Of a stretch of DNA of 64,000 nt, positions 50,675 through 62,385 are shown piece after piece; position 1 is the first letter of the stretch, and every line of letters begins with the position of its first letter. The stretch is from assembly GCA_030704615.1 (NCBI GenBank), contig CM060734.1:20088001-20152000 (forward strand). Direction: 5' to 3'. This DNA comes from Takakia lepidozioides. Taxonomy: Eukaryota > Plantae > Bryophyta. The notes under the pieces were generated by a model, which was given only the letters and a program-made list of their open reading frames with translations, had not been told where the DNA came from and ran no database searches. The translations under genes were made by a program, and so were the position numbers.

Positions 50675-52598
50675 ATGGAGGAGGTTCCAACTCAACAGAG
50701 TGATGCTTTGGGATGGGGTCATTTACCAGCTGCTTTGGGGACAGTAATACTCTGGTTCGTAATATCTAAGCTGGTTGGTGTGGTGCGGTATGTGTTTCTG
50801 AAGCCTTTGTATCTCAAATGGGCGATGGAGAAGCAAGGAATTAAAAGCATGCCATTCCGTCCATTGATAGGCAATCTGGGGGACATTTACACGGCGCAAG
50901 AGAAAGCCATCACTCAGGATATTGATGGGCCCAGAAACCATGATATACTCTGGCGCACGGAGCCATACTTGGAACCGATGCTAAAGTCAGGTACGTTGCT
51001 GTTGATCTTGAGCCGAGTGATCTGCTGCAGGCGATGGTAGGGGCCTTTGCGACAAGCACTTTACTGAAGATGGAGGAGTGGGAGAGAATTGTGAATGATT
51101 CCAAATCCGGTGAAGCTGAGATCGAAGCATACCACCAGCTTGGAACTGTTACAGCAGATATTATTGCTCGCACAGCCTTTGGCGCTAGCTACGAGCTTGG
51201 AATAAAAGTATTTGAGAAACAAGAAGAACTTTTGAAGCTGTCCATGAAGGCTACACGTTTTGTATGGATCCCAGGCTACAGGTCTGCTGCACAAACTTCC
51301 TCTAGTTTTTACGATGTTCTCAAGATTAGGTCGTATGATCCACTGTGCGGGAGACATCCGGGCCTGTAATCTTCATAATGCATTGTACGTGTACACATGG
51401 AAATGTCCCTGAATCTTATATATCGGCCACCTATCATTAGATAGAGGCTCGTAGAATAACAACAGTCCCTCAACATTCCTAGAGAAGTATTCTTGGCACG
51501 TACTTGTTATCACTTGGCGATGGCCCGTTAATCTCAAGTAATTTTGTGACGATAATCTTCAGATTCTTCTAGACATGACATATCGAGGCACTCAGTTGCT
51601 CAATGGTGGATGCGCAGGTTCTTTCCCGTAGCAGGAAATCGAGCAATCTGGAGAATACGAAACGAGATCAAGAAGGAGCTCAGTGAGATCATCCAATCCC
51701 GCCATGACTTAGCAAAGTCCGGAATACTGTGTCATATGGAAGTGATCTGCTGGGTATGGTGTTGTCTGAGAGCGAGGCCAGCAACAAGACTGATTCTACG
51801 CAAGCTCGACTGACAACTGAGCAAGTGATGGATGAGTGCAAGACCTTCTTCTTCGCTGGGCAGGAGACGACGGCGGCTACTTTGTCGTGGACGATCATGT
51901 TACTGTCCGTCTATCCTGAGTGGCAGGACCGTCTGCGTAAAGAAGTACAGGAAGTTTGCAAAGGCGCCCTTCCTGATGCGGAGCACCTCAACAAATTGAA
52001 ACTTGTGAGCTTCACTATTCCCTCACTATTCCATGCTCGTGCTAGCACAAGGTTAGCACCAGTATTGCACTCGGCTGGGGAAACGTTTCGATGGTCTGGA
52101 AGCCTCAAACATCGATCCCTTCTGAGTCACGATATTAACAGTATCAGTGTGGATGTGTTATTCGCAGGTGGGAATGGTATTCTTCGAATCCTTGAGACTC
52201 TACCCTGCCGTTACCGGTCTGGGTCGGGAGGCTACCAGAGACATGCAACTGGGCGATCTCTTCATCCCCAGAGGACTCAATGTTATCACCAACCAAATTT
52301 TTTCGCACCGGGATCCAGAGCAATGGGGTGAGGATGCCAACGAATTCAAGCCCGAACGGTTTGCAGAAGGAATCTCGAAAGCATGCAAACATCCGGCAGC
52401 GTACTCGCCATTCTCAATGGGTCCCCGGGTTTGCGTGGGCCAGAACTTTGCAGTGCTGGAGGCCAAAGTGGTGCTGGCTATGGTGCTACAGCGCTTCTCT
52501 TTCCGCCTCTCTCCTGCGTACCGCCATGCCCCGACTGCTCTGGTCCAATCAGGCCTCAGTATGGCATGCCCCTCATTCTACAACGTCTCCAATCCTGA
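50675..52598 (+). pseudogene. Cytochrome P450, CYP72 clan, pseudogene
   Basis: Motifs TADIIARTAFGASY, DECKTFFFAGQETT, ESLRLYP, FKPERF and heme motif PFSMGPRVCVGQNFA. The normal second exon is missing: the donor at 50991 and acceptor at 51030 are only 40 nt apart and out of phase. Frameshifts at ~51730 and ~52545. Confidence 0.9.
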
Positions 52599-52721
52599 TC
52601 TTCTGTGCCTCTCTCTCTCTCTCTCTTCCACTACGAGGATCAGAAATGCTTGGCAGCTTACCTGCACGACCCTTGGACAATCACTGAAGAAATAGTTTTA
52701 TTTTTGGCTCTGCTTTTGTTT

Positions 52722-52801
52722 CCTCATGTTTTCTTCCATTTTGTCCCATAAGCTCTATGAGCTTTCCGCGGACGTTATAAAGCACCATTTCATTTCATTT
52801 C
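52722..52801 (+). mobile_element. ~80 bp extreme 3' end of the RTE-like LINE family
   Basis: Near-identical to 16525-16603: CTCATGTTTTCTTCCATTTTGTCCCATAAGCT...AGCTTTCCGCGGACGTTATAAAGCACCATTTT(CATTT)n. Confidence 0.85.
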
Positions 52802-54879
52802 TCTTCTTCCATTAAAAAAAAGAAAAAGTATAACACCGGCCCAGGGAGCGTAAATCATGGTGAATTATGCTGACCCCCAAGGGCTACTGCCTTCAGGGAA
52901 GGTGGACACTTTGTGACACCAACCGCTGGATTGAACCCACAACCACTTCTTACATCAAAAAAAGTATGACAACTCCCTAAGGAAGAAATTATGGTGTCTC
53001 TTCAGCCCAAAGGGCTACTACTGCTGCCAAGGTGTAGTCGTCCTTTTTACATTACACTGAGTCCCAATTTATTGAAAGACCTCCACTTTCACATTTTCCA
53101 AATACACCATTGAATCAAATTTCAAATGCATCCAAGGATAAGTGTATGTACATTCTTTCATTCACTCTATTGTCCTTCACTAATTGGTCCCTTTTGCAAT
53201 ATGTCCTTCACTCATTCATGTGTGGGCTTATTCAGCTATAGGCTATAGATAGTGTTTTACTAATTAATATAGGTATGGTTTATGTCCTCTTTTGCATTTT
53301 CTTGGGGGCCTTATGAGAGAGCCCACCAATAAGTAGTAAGTGAGGTACTTACTAATAGATACTAGAGTAGTAAAGAGGAGGGCATTCAGCTCCCTTATAT
53401 AGCCTTTCAGGGCGGTGGTCCCCACTCTGTTAAGCTGCCATGGAGCCTTCCCCAAGGCACACATGTCATAACCTAATCACCCCTACTCCCACCACTTCGT
53501 ACTCTAACTTCCCACTATGTAGGACCATCCATGAATTTAATCTCCCCGTAAATGGGGTGTCTAGTTTTGCGCACCCTCTTCTTAGTGTTAAATGGGGTTT
53601 TCCCTGTTCTCGGAGGGCCGTTTCTAATTCCTGGACCATCGTCCAATCTTCACACCCAACACAAACCTGGGGACGCAAACCTACTCTATTAATTAATATG
53701 TCTATGGTCATATTTGTTTTTGGGGCCCACTAAATACTAACTAAAGTACTTACTATACCGTATAGGTAATAAGGTGAGCACCTCCTTATATAGCCTTGGG
53801 AGGAGGCGATACCCCTGTCGTTCCCCTCCTTTTCCAACCGCATCTCCACTTGGCCATGCCATCTTCTTACTAGCTAAATTTTTTGAAATAAATCTTGCGC
53901 TACATATTATTCAGCTTGGTTGTTCTTTTTTTTTTTTGTAACCACAAGTGGGGAGGGAGGCCCACAATTTCATTCCAGAAGGTGGAAAAATAACCACCGT
54001 TGAGGCCGTGACACTTACAGTGGGGAAACCTCCCCCTGTCCATAGACTAGTTCATATAGCTATGGTTCATGTTTGCGGTTTTTTTGCACCCGCGTGTGCA
54101 AAGCGCCCCACGAATGTAGTTACTAACTTAGTAAGTAGTAAGAGGAAGGGGGGAGGAGAGCGCTCTTCTCCTTTATATACCTTCTCAGGCCGACAGCTCC
54201 CATCAAGCGGGTATGGACCCTTCTACATTAAGGGTTCCCCACACATGTCACCTCTAGTACTAATAGGTACTAGAGTAGTTCTCCTCCCTTCTATCCTCAA
54301 ACAACGATAGAGCCTTATAGAAGGCTGCTCCCTCACACGTAGCAATTTGGGGTAGTTAGAGTAGAGGTGTCTACCAACCATCGACCGTCGTTTTGTCTCC
54401 TTCGTAAAGAGAATCAGGCCATATATATCGTCTAGTGTATAAATATGTTTCTTATTTACCTGAATGCCCCGTCAGTGCATGCGGAGACAATATGACGTGG
54501 TGTATTGCACAGTGCACCTTATACCCAGTATAATGCATTGCCCTCATCTTCTAGGGTTCGAATCTTCTCTTTTTGCGCTAGAGAAAACGGGAAAGAAAAA
54601 GAAATATGGCCTGTTCGATATTTCCCCAAATAATTTCAAATGATGATAGACAGTGGTATATTTAACATTTTAAATAAAGGGTCTTACCCCAATAATTTTT
54701 ACTATAAATTTTAGTCTTTAATTTGAATAATATTTGATATATCAAAAATTAGAATTTACATCGATTTGGCCATATACAACCAAGCCATTGTAGATTATAT
54801 TTTTGTTTCCTTTGCAGTAAAAAATTACACCTCAAAAGCCCAAAACACAAGATGTACTAAACTAGAACAAATCCACCTA

Positions 54880-56570
54880 GAGAGAGAGAGAAGACGCCGG
54901 CCGGGCCGACGTAACTAAGAGCCACTTCGCCTCACGGCTACTGCCCCCTTTCGGGGGTGGGCCCTATAAATAACTCGGTGCCCAAGGGACACCAGTAACC
55001 TAGGGAAGAGGTACTGGGGGTACATAGGGTACCCCGGCATACCCAGGGTACTATGGGAGTTTAGGGTGCCGTGGGAGGGTTGGATTCTAGTTGTCTAGTT
55101 GTAAGGTAGCGAAAGGCCGTGAGATGTATGGCCTTAAAACATTTATGTATATGGGATGTCGGGAAGTGGAAGTTGTCGTGTAAGGCAGCTATGTTGGCGT
55201 TGTGGATACCACCGCGAGTGCCGGCCATGATAACAGAGAGGGGGCCCGTGTTCCAGCCCCTCTGTCGGAGGGCAAGGATGAGAGGTGCATACTTTTGTCG
55301 TTTCTCTAGAATTGAGGCAGCGGGATAACAATCATGACAGTATGTGAATTCGATAAAGTAGATGGTGATATGCGGGGATGAGGAGGTAGGCGGTGATTTG
55401 TTAATGTGTAGGCCATGAACAAGCAGTATGTCAGGGCGTAGTCTAGCGAGGCAAGTACAAGGGGGCCATAGACATGAGCATGGGAGTAGCCATGTGGGGA
55501 CGGTGTGGTCTGGGGGCTTACCTTGGTAGGTGTCAGCATTAACAAGTGAGAACCAGCGGGTTTCGGATCTCTGCATGAGGAGTTTGTGTATGTGCCAGAC
55601 TGCGTGATTATGGCGGGTTATATGAAGGCTATGGATAACCGGGTGGGTGCATTGACTGAGGAGGTGCGGCCAGGTGTCCCGAGCCGGATGGGTATGTAAA
55701 CAGAGAGGGCAGTATGGTGATGGGTAAAGGCGCGGCCAGAAGACGTGTTTGTGTTGATGACCCATATATTCTGCGTAGCGAAATTTGAGTGTTTGCTTTA
55801 TTTGAGCATCAGTCACAGCCTGGGAGTGCCAGAAATAATTGGAGAGTTTATGATGGAGTATTGGGGATAGAGTCCATTTTTGAATGTGCAATTTAGTGTG
55901 GCTCATAGAAGTCCTAGCTTATTGGGTGGCCTCCTTAGTGAGAGTGGTGATGAGGTTACGAATAGGCTTAGGGTTAGAGGGGTTAGGGATCGGATGTATC
56001 AGCCAAAATGGATGGGTGTGTGCTATGTGTATAGGGTCATTGGTGGGTTCGTCTAGGGGCTCTAGAGCACCGTTTTAAGCGAGAAGGTCCGCTGCCTCGT
56101 TACCAGCGATACCAGTATGTGAACGGACTTTAAAAAAAGTGGATGGGTTGGCCTATGGCAATGGCTAGATTGGCTATGTCGGTGATGAGATTCCGATCAG
56201 GGTGGTGGTGATGCGAGGAGGGGCAAGCAAGGTGATTACGTAGAGAGATGTAAGACTATCTGTGAAGATGTAGTGGGGGGGGGGGGGGGAGAAGAAGGGC
56301 AGATGGGAGAGGGCTACGTAGATGGCCATAAGCTCAGCACGGAGTATGGTGGCCGGCCCGGGTAGCCTTGCGGCTGTGCCCTGGTCCGAAGCAGCATGAA
56401 AAATTACCATAGCCAACATTGGAGCCCGTTTGGGAGCCGTCTGTATAGTGCGAGTGGAGTGGGGGATATTTGAGAGGCAGGGGTTGTTGGAACGGCAGGG
56501 GGGAGTCGGGTGTGATTGAGGGGGCGGTAAGGGGGCGTGGGGACTTGCAATTCGCAAGTCAGTGTAGTAT
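54880..56570 (-). mobile_element. 5'-truncated non-LTR retrotransposon with RNase H, CCHC finger and restriction-like endonuclease (Dualen/RandI-like architecture)
   Basis: RNase H motifs TILRAELMAIYVAL, IFTDSLTSL and KVRSHTGIAGNEAADLLA. Then CPLC...DTWPHLLSQC, RHN, RLRPDILLV and IEFTYC...KRQKY (PD-(D/E)xK-type RLE). The 3' end finishes in a (CT)n tail. Confidence 0.8.
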
Positions 56571-57110
56571 TTCTACACACTGTCGCCATAATGAAATTTT
56601 AAGTCTGGTGTGGTGTAAGCTATGGGCTTTTCTTCACGAAAGAGCTTGCGAGCCAATTCTCTGGCTTCTACTCAAGTAAGATCCGAAATGACTTGACTTG
56701 GAATCGTGGGGAAACTCCATTCATTTCAGTGCTGATTTCAAAAAATTCCAAGAAGGACTCAAAATCCTCCCCTAAGTTGTACTCAGGGTATTGCTGCTTA
56801 TGCATTCGCTCCCCATGATCAGTTTTCCGTGGAGTAGTATCCGGGACTTTATTTTGTTTCAGCAACATCTTCATAAGCGGGGGGCAATTTGAAATCACCC
56901 CCATGGCTTCACACAGCTCGTCCAAATCAATGTGGGTTGAGGCACAGTCGCCGGATCTTTGTGATCTCCGGACGACTCTCCCCTTTCCATATTATTCTTT
57001 TCATTAGTTGTTGTCTCTTCCCTCTCCTCCGCTGCACGTTTTTCCAAATCACTTAGTCCCATCGTCTCTTCTGCTTCCCTTTCTAGCATAGATCATGTAA
57101 ATACAGGCAT
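56570..57110 (-). mobile_element. Retrotransposon gag N-terminal fragment
   Basis: YPEYNLGEDFESFLEFFEISTEMNG resembles the start of a Gypsy gag. It is frameshifted and truncated next to the LINE. Confidence 0.5.
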
Positions 57111-57664
57111 GAGAAGAGGAGTACACGGCTACCTGTCCGAAGGGGCACTGAGCTTCGAATCCCACCCAGACACACAATGGGATGGGATGAAGCGATGCTT
57201 GTGCAGCAGGTACACTCATTCTTCCAAGAACGCCCACAGTTCATTTTCACCCTTGAGCCAAAAAGCCACGCGCACGATGTTGCGTACCACCTTCTCCTTC
57301 ACCAACAGCGTATGGGCAGGATATGTCTTGGCTTCTTCGGCCTTGTAGAGACCTACTGTTTCACGCCGAAAACACACCCCCGGAAAGATCAACACATCAC
57401 TGGGACAAAAAGAAAATTCAGAGTTGGGTATACCCGTGATGAGCTCTTCCCAAGTGGGATCCCGGGTAGGGGCTGGCGGAACTCGAGGCCGTAAATTAGC
57501 AAGCAGAATCGAAGTACCTCCTTTAACCAGTTTCCACAATCGTAGAGGGCTCGGCTTGTCAGGAGGCAGGAAGCTCTCAAGCTCTACACCCAATTCTCAA
57601 CTCACAGAGAATTGTGGAATGCCCAAAACAGCCCAACTAAGCTGTCAAGTTATTTTACCACTAG

Positions 57665-59163
57665 TGTGAAACTAGCTAGGAAATAGCTAGCTTTTACATA
57701 TTGACATTTGGGATTGGCCCAAGTGTCAATCCAGAGGTCAAGGCAGATTTAGGCCCTGGAGTGGTTATCTTCACGGCAAGCGCGGAAGGCTCATCTTTCT
57801 CGAGTTGAGCCTCACCGCGCCTAGCTATGGCGCCGTAGTGTGGATTCCCCATGGCGTGGGGTGCACTTGGCTTGACTTGTATTTGAGTGATGAGGTTATA
57901 TATGCATGAGTTTATGCTTCAGATTTGTGAGCTCGTGCTTGTATTCTTCTTCTTTATCACTCGAGAAAGATCAGCTCGAGTCTGTGAGTGCCAGGTTCGA
58001 GTTGTTTTGTAGCACTTGTGTTTTCATGAGAAGCGGTTCAGCCTAGAGTGCAGGGATCCGTGCATGAGCCTATCCAAAGTGGATAGAGTGCAAAGGCGAA
58101 CAGGTTGCAGGTTTGCAATGGATAGAGAGGCGGGTAGCCTATGTTGAAGAGCGGCGTTGCATAGCTCAACGCTATGGCAACCAAGTTTGGGCTTCTAGTG
58201 TGAAGCGGGGAGATGCTGGTCTCGAGTGGATGAACTGGTGGTCGTCTTCTTCAGCTGCAGGCCAAGTTAAGAAGCTGCAGCAATGTGGAGCTGCGAGGGT
58301 GTTAGATGTAAGTCACAGTTATCAGGAGCTCCAACTTCAAGCTCATAAGGAGGTATGAGTGAAGAGAGATGGTTGATTTCTCTTGTATGCAAGGCAATGC
58401 ATTTGTGGCTATGTTGAGTTGGGGGTTTCAATCTGAAACTCTAGCGGTATGAGGGCTCTTGCCATGGCAAGAGCGGGGCTGGAACAGGAGCTAAGAGGTG
58501 CGGCAAGGCCATGGAATGTGCACCTAGGGTTTCAGAGCTTGGAAGAAAAGTTCTTGCACCACAAGAGGAGTGTCTTGTGGCTGGAAATGTAAGCCTTAGG
58601 GTTTCAGGAGCTTGGCAAGGGCTGTGGAGTGCTTAGTCTTGTCTTAGAGAGCATCAATGAGCCAAGGAGCCAAGATAAGGGGCTGATATCTCTTGTGTGA
58701 AGAGGTTGCATGTGTGGAGCATGTATTCAGCTCATTGAAGCTTCCATCTTCAAGCTTGGAGGGCAAGCAAGGAAGAGGGAAGGGCTGGCTTCCCTTATGT
58801 GAGGGCAATGCATGTGTGGAGCATGCTATCAGCCTGATGTGGTGGCCCGTGTTGACCTGTGGACGGCCTGTGCTGACTCGTGGAGGCACTGGTGGACTGC
58901 CTAAGGACTGGCATGTGGTCTGGAAGGCCGAATTTTGAAGCTCGTGGAGGCGGTTTGAGGAGTATCTTCATGATATTCCCATGGTCATGCAAGTGAGGGA
59001 AGAGAGGAGAGGAAGAGTGTTGGGATGAGGGCATGCTGGGGTTAGGCATTGCTTTAGCTTCTCTTCCTCGTAGTTTCCACCCTCTCATTAGGCCAAGACC
59101 TTTCCGTAGGTGGAGGCAAGAGTCAGTCCGGATTTGGGCTGGGGTGTCCTTGTAGGAGCAACA
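57665..59163 (-). repeat. Putative long 5' LTR belonging to the gag fragment
   Basis: On the minus strand TGTTG at 59163 and ...CA at 57665, followed after 4 nt by TGGT (PBS-like) and then gag-like sequence. No second copy in the window to confirm it. Confidence 0.35.
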
Positions 59164-60852
59164 CCATGGAGTTGTTTTTGGTGTGGGGGAGTTGCTCGCG
59201 CAGGGGATTACATATAGACTCGGTCTTGTTCTGGGACGTGATGTTCACCTTCGTTGTCAAAGAGGTTTTGACATCTATTTTGAGTGTTTTCTTTGGAGAT
59301 GAGCACTCTAAAGATGATGTATATATTGTGGTATAGTTTTTGTAAATTCATCTTTAGGCTTGAGTCTGGACTAGCTACACGCCCCTGTAACCAAGTCGAA
59401 TAAGCTGCAGATGCGTCGGTTATGTATGTAAGCTCAATTTCTTGGCTTCTCACTATTTCTGATGCATAGATTGAGTGTAATTTGTGATCCGAAAGCATGA
59501 TATATTGGAACTTGCTGTTGCAACATATCTGGTTGCACACACACCAGCTGCATCATCACACGATCATTGGCAAGGAAGACAAACCCTTGATGAATGAAGG
59601 AATATGTTTGAACTACCATTACGGCCTGGTGGTCGTTTGGTAGATCTCACTAGGACTATTTCTGGATTCTATGCCCAATGTCCATCGCGGGGCCACTGGC
59701 GGTCTATCAACAGAGCGAGTTGTTGATGAATCTAAACCTCCCTTCTCTTGTATGATCCTTGAATTTACAGAGCTGGAACTGTAGCCATGGCAGTTAGGCA
59801 GCTATTTTGCACTCCTATTACCTTTTATTACTCCATAGATTATTAGCACAGTTATCAGCCTGGTGTGATCGCGATCATCTTCTAAGCATGATCAGTTTAC
59901 TGATCTGTGGAAAGTGAACACACCTGGCAAAGATCACATCAAACTGAGACAACAACTTCAGGTCATAGCCCGCACGTGCTAATCACAACTCTGCTTCATG
60001 TTCTGAGTGTGTGTCTCCCTTCTCCCCATGCCCAGACTCTCACACAGCACAATTGCAACTCGGACCCACTGTGTTGAAAGGCACCATGACACAGCCTAGG
60101 ATATTCCACTGCCAACTTCCAGGGTGATCATGGCTGTCTACTACTTCCAAGCAACTTCATGCGGCTGACTTGAGCACCACCCAGACGCTTCTCTGTGATT
60201 GCGGGCCTCACTTCGCAGCCCTTATTATTGTCATGTTATCTTACAACCAAATTTCAAATGTTACCCAGCTCCTGTCTATGTTTGCTGCTCAAATCTCTCT
60301 ACTCTCACCTTGTTTCTCCCGAGCAGTGGGTAGCACGTTCAGATGCATCGAAGCCTCAGGACTCTCAGTTCTTAGCTCTTCTCACACCGTCACACATGAT
60401 CAAATCCTTCCATAGTGACAAGCTACAAGCTGGCCATCGAACATTTGAACCATTGTTAACCTTGCTGTACTTTACTTAACTCTTCAACCCACAAACCAAG
60501 TGCAAAACCAGATGCCGGTTGGGCTGAAAAGAGCAATAACTACATACCTACCCACTTGCTAAGCAATCTCCAGGAATCCCACACGAATATGTACAGATGG
60601 AGTAACACACCAAACAACAGTGAGACTATCAACAGTTTCACATAATTGTTGGAAAGCTATGGTTGAAGTTTGTAGCTCGAGTAGATTAGCTTAGTTAGGT
60701 CGATGAGAGAGAAAGGTTAGACTAGCATTTTGTTCGAAAGAAACCAAGTTTCTAGCAGTCTGAAATTGACCAAACTGAACAAAATCTTATCTCGAGAGCT
60801 AGAAAAGGATTTGAGTCCCTCAAGTCACCCTGCAACTGAGGCTGAATGGATG

Positions 60853-62067
60853 TTAGCCCCGGGAATTTGCACGCTTGCGCTTGAAGGGTGAAACGCATAC
60901 CCAGACGTCGTTCAGCACAGATTTGGCCAAATCTGTGCGGACATCAATGGAATTCAGCCTTGCGTACTTCTCTGGAAGCAGTCGGTAGCTAGGTGTACAG
61001 CTCGCACAATTTGACAGATCAAGTTCTGAGATCCCTTTTAAGGTGGAGGGATTAGTACGTTTGCACATCCCCTTGACCTTATCGCCACCTTGTAGTAGTT
61101 GATTCTCGCGGATGCGTTTGTTGACCAACCTTTTAGATATTCTTACATGGGGCATCCGTTGCTGCTCTTGACTGTCTAGTTTGTTCTTCTCCAGCTCATT
61201 CCACTCGAGAAACCTCACAAGCGCATGTGATGGCGTACTTGTCAAGTTTTGTCTGTCGTTGTCTTCCTCCCACTCCCTGATCTCTGGAGTACTGAGTACC
61301 ACGGTTGAAACTGATTCCTCTCAAGATCTTTCTCCCTCCCCCCTCTTGCCACCATCCGGCTGGCCGTGCGCAACCCCTTTAATCTTCAGAGAAAGTGGCC
61401 GGTACAACTTTCGTTTTCGTATAGCGGGCCCTTGCCCAGCTACGAGAATGAATCCTTTCAGTAGATCAGGATGGCGGCGGAAAAGAGTGCTCACCTTCTC
61501 GCACACTGTACCACGAGAGATATGCCCATCCCGAAACTCCTTCAGTATCTCCGTAAAGGCCTTGAAGACAGTGTGCCCATCACCCAATGTGAAGCGGACC
61601 TTCTGAATGTATTCCAACGCTTTAGTATGCATCCTCTTCAACGTCAAAGTTCCATCTTGTTTCAGACCCTTGTTCTTCACTGCCAAAGCCTGATCTGAAA
61701 CCTCGTCCTCCACTGCCTGATATGAAATCAGATCCCTGTCCTCCGACGACGAAGCTTGATGTGCAATCGCTTTCTGGTAAGGTAACTTACAATCACGGGG
61801 AAGAAAGGTACCGAATCCCCATATGAGCTCGGGGTGCCCCCTGAGAAGCTCCAGCACTCTCGCTATCAACACTTGAACGTCCCACTTCTTTGCTCTGAAC
61901 TCGCTCAATAGCTGCACAAACTTCGTGTACTTCTCCAAGTCATTGAATTGCATCCTCACTACGTCGAGATAGATCATGCACTGCCCAACTGTGGGCATCT
62001 CTGGGTGTGCATCATGTGCAAGTAGATCAGCAGAGATAGCGCTAGGTCCCGCCATGCTCCCCTCCAT
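60853..62067 (-). pseudogene. Intronless, truncated Sin3-like (SNL) corepressor copy: two PAH domains plus the start of the HDAC-interaction region
   Basis: PAH1 is YLDVVRMQFNDLEKYTKFVQLLSEFR...GHPELIWGFGTFLP. PAH2 is ALEYIQKVR...HPDLLKGF. ELDLSNCASCTPSYRLLP...VLNDVWV follows. ORFs 61321-62076 and 60853-61302 are in the same frame, separated by TGA at 61321-61323. Confidence 0.85.
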
Positions 62068-62179
62068 CGCTCGCACCGAGACTGGTAGTGCTCACAGCAG
62101 AAACTTTTTCCCCGCTTTATATATGGTCTTCCGAACGGAAAGCTTTCCAGTTCATTCAGAAACCCGCTTTTACATTCAT

Positions 62180-62385
62180 TCATAACACTGCAGCTTCAAA
62201 AAATCGGCTTATTTGAAAGCATATTCCGATAGATACCTTATACTTCTCTTGTCGAGGCATCCCGTCTGTCGAGGCATCCTGTCGAGGAAGGAGACATAAC
62301 ACTGCTTGTTGCAAAAGTTGGCTTATTCAAGATCATATTCTGAGAGATACCTTTACTTCTCTTGTCGAGCCATCCTGTCTAAGCA
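62180..62385. repeat. Tandem duplication of ~115 bp upstream of the Sin3-like copy
   Basis: CATAACACTGC...GGCTTATT...CATATTC...AGATACCTT..ACTTCTCTTGTCGAG occurs twice, with a local TGTCGAGGCATCC repeat. Confidence 0.7.

Noticed and set aside
53325-54260. Two similar TATA-containing segments (~53330-53470 and ~54125-54260) as paired LTRs
   Set aside because: The similarity is patchy, and no TG...CA boundaries, PBS/PPT or TSD could be fixed.
54919-54964. Hammerhead or HDV ribozyme call for the LINE 3' structure
   Set aside because: No CUGANGA core or nested double pseudoknot is visible. It is kept only as a structured element.
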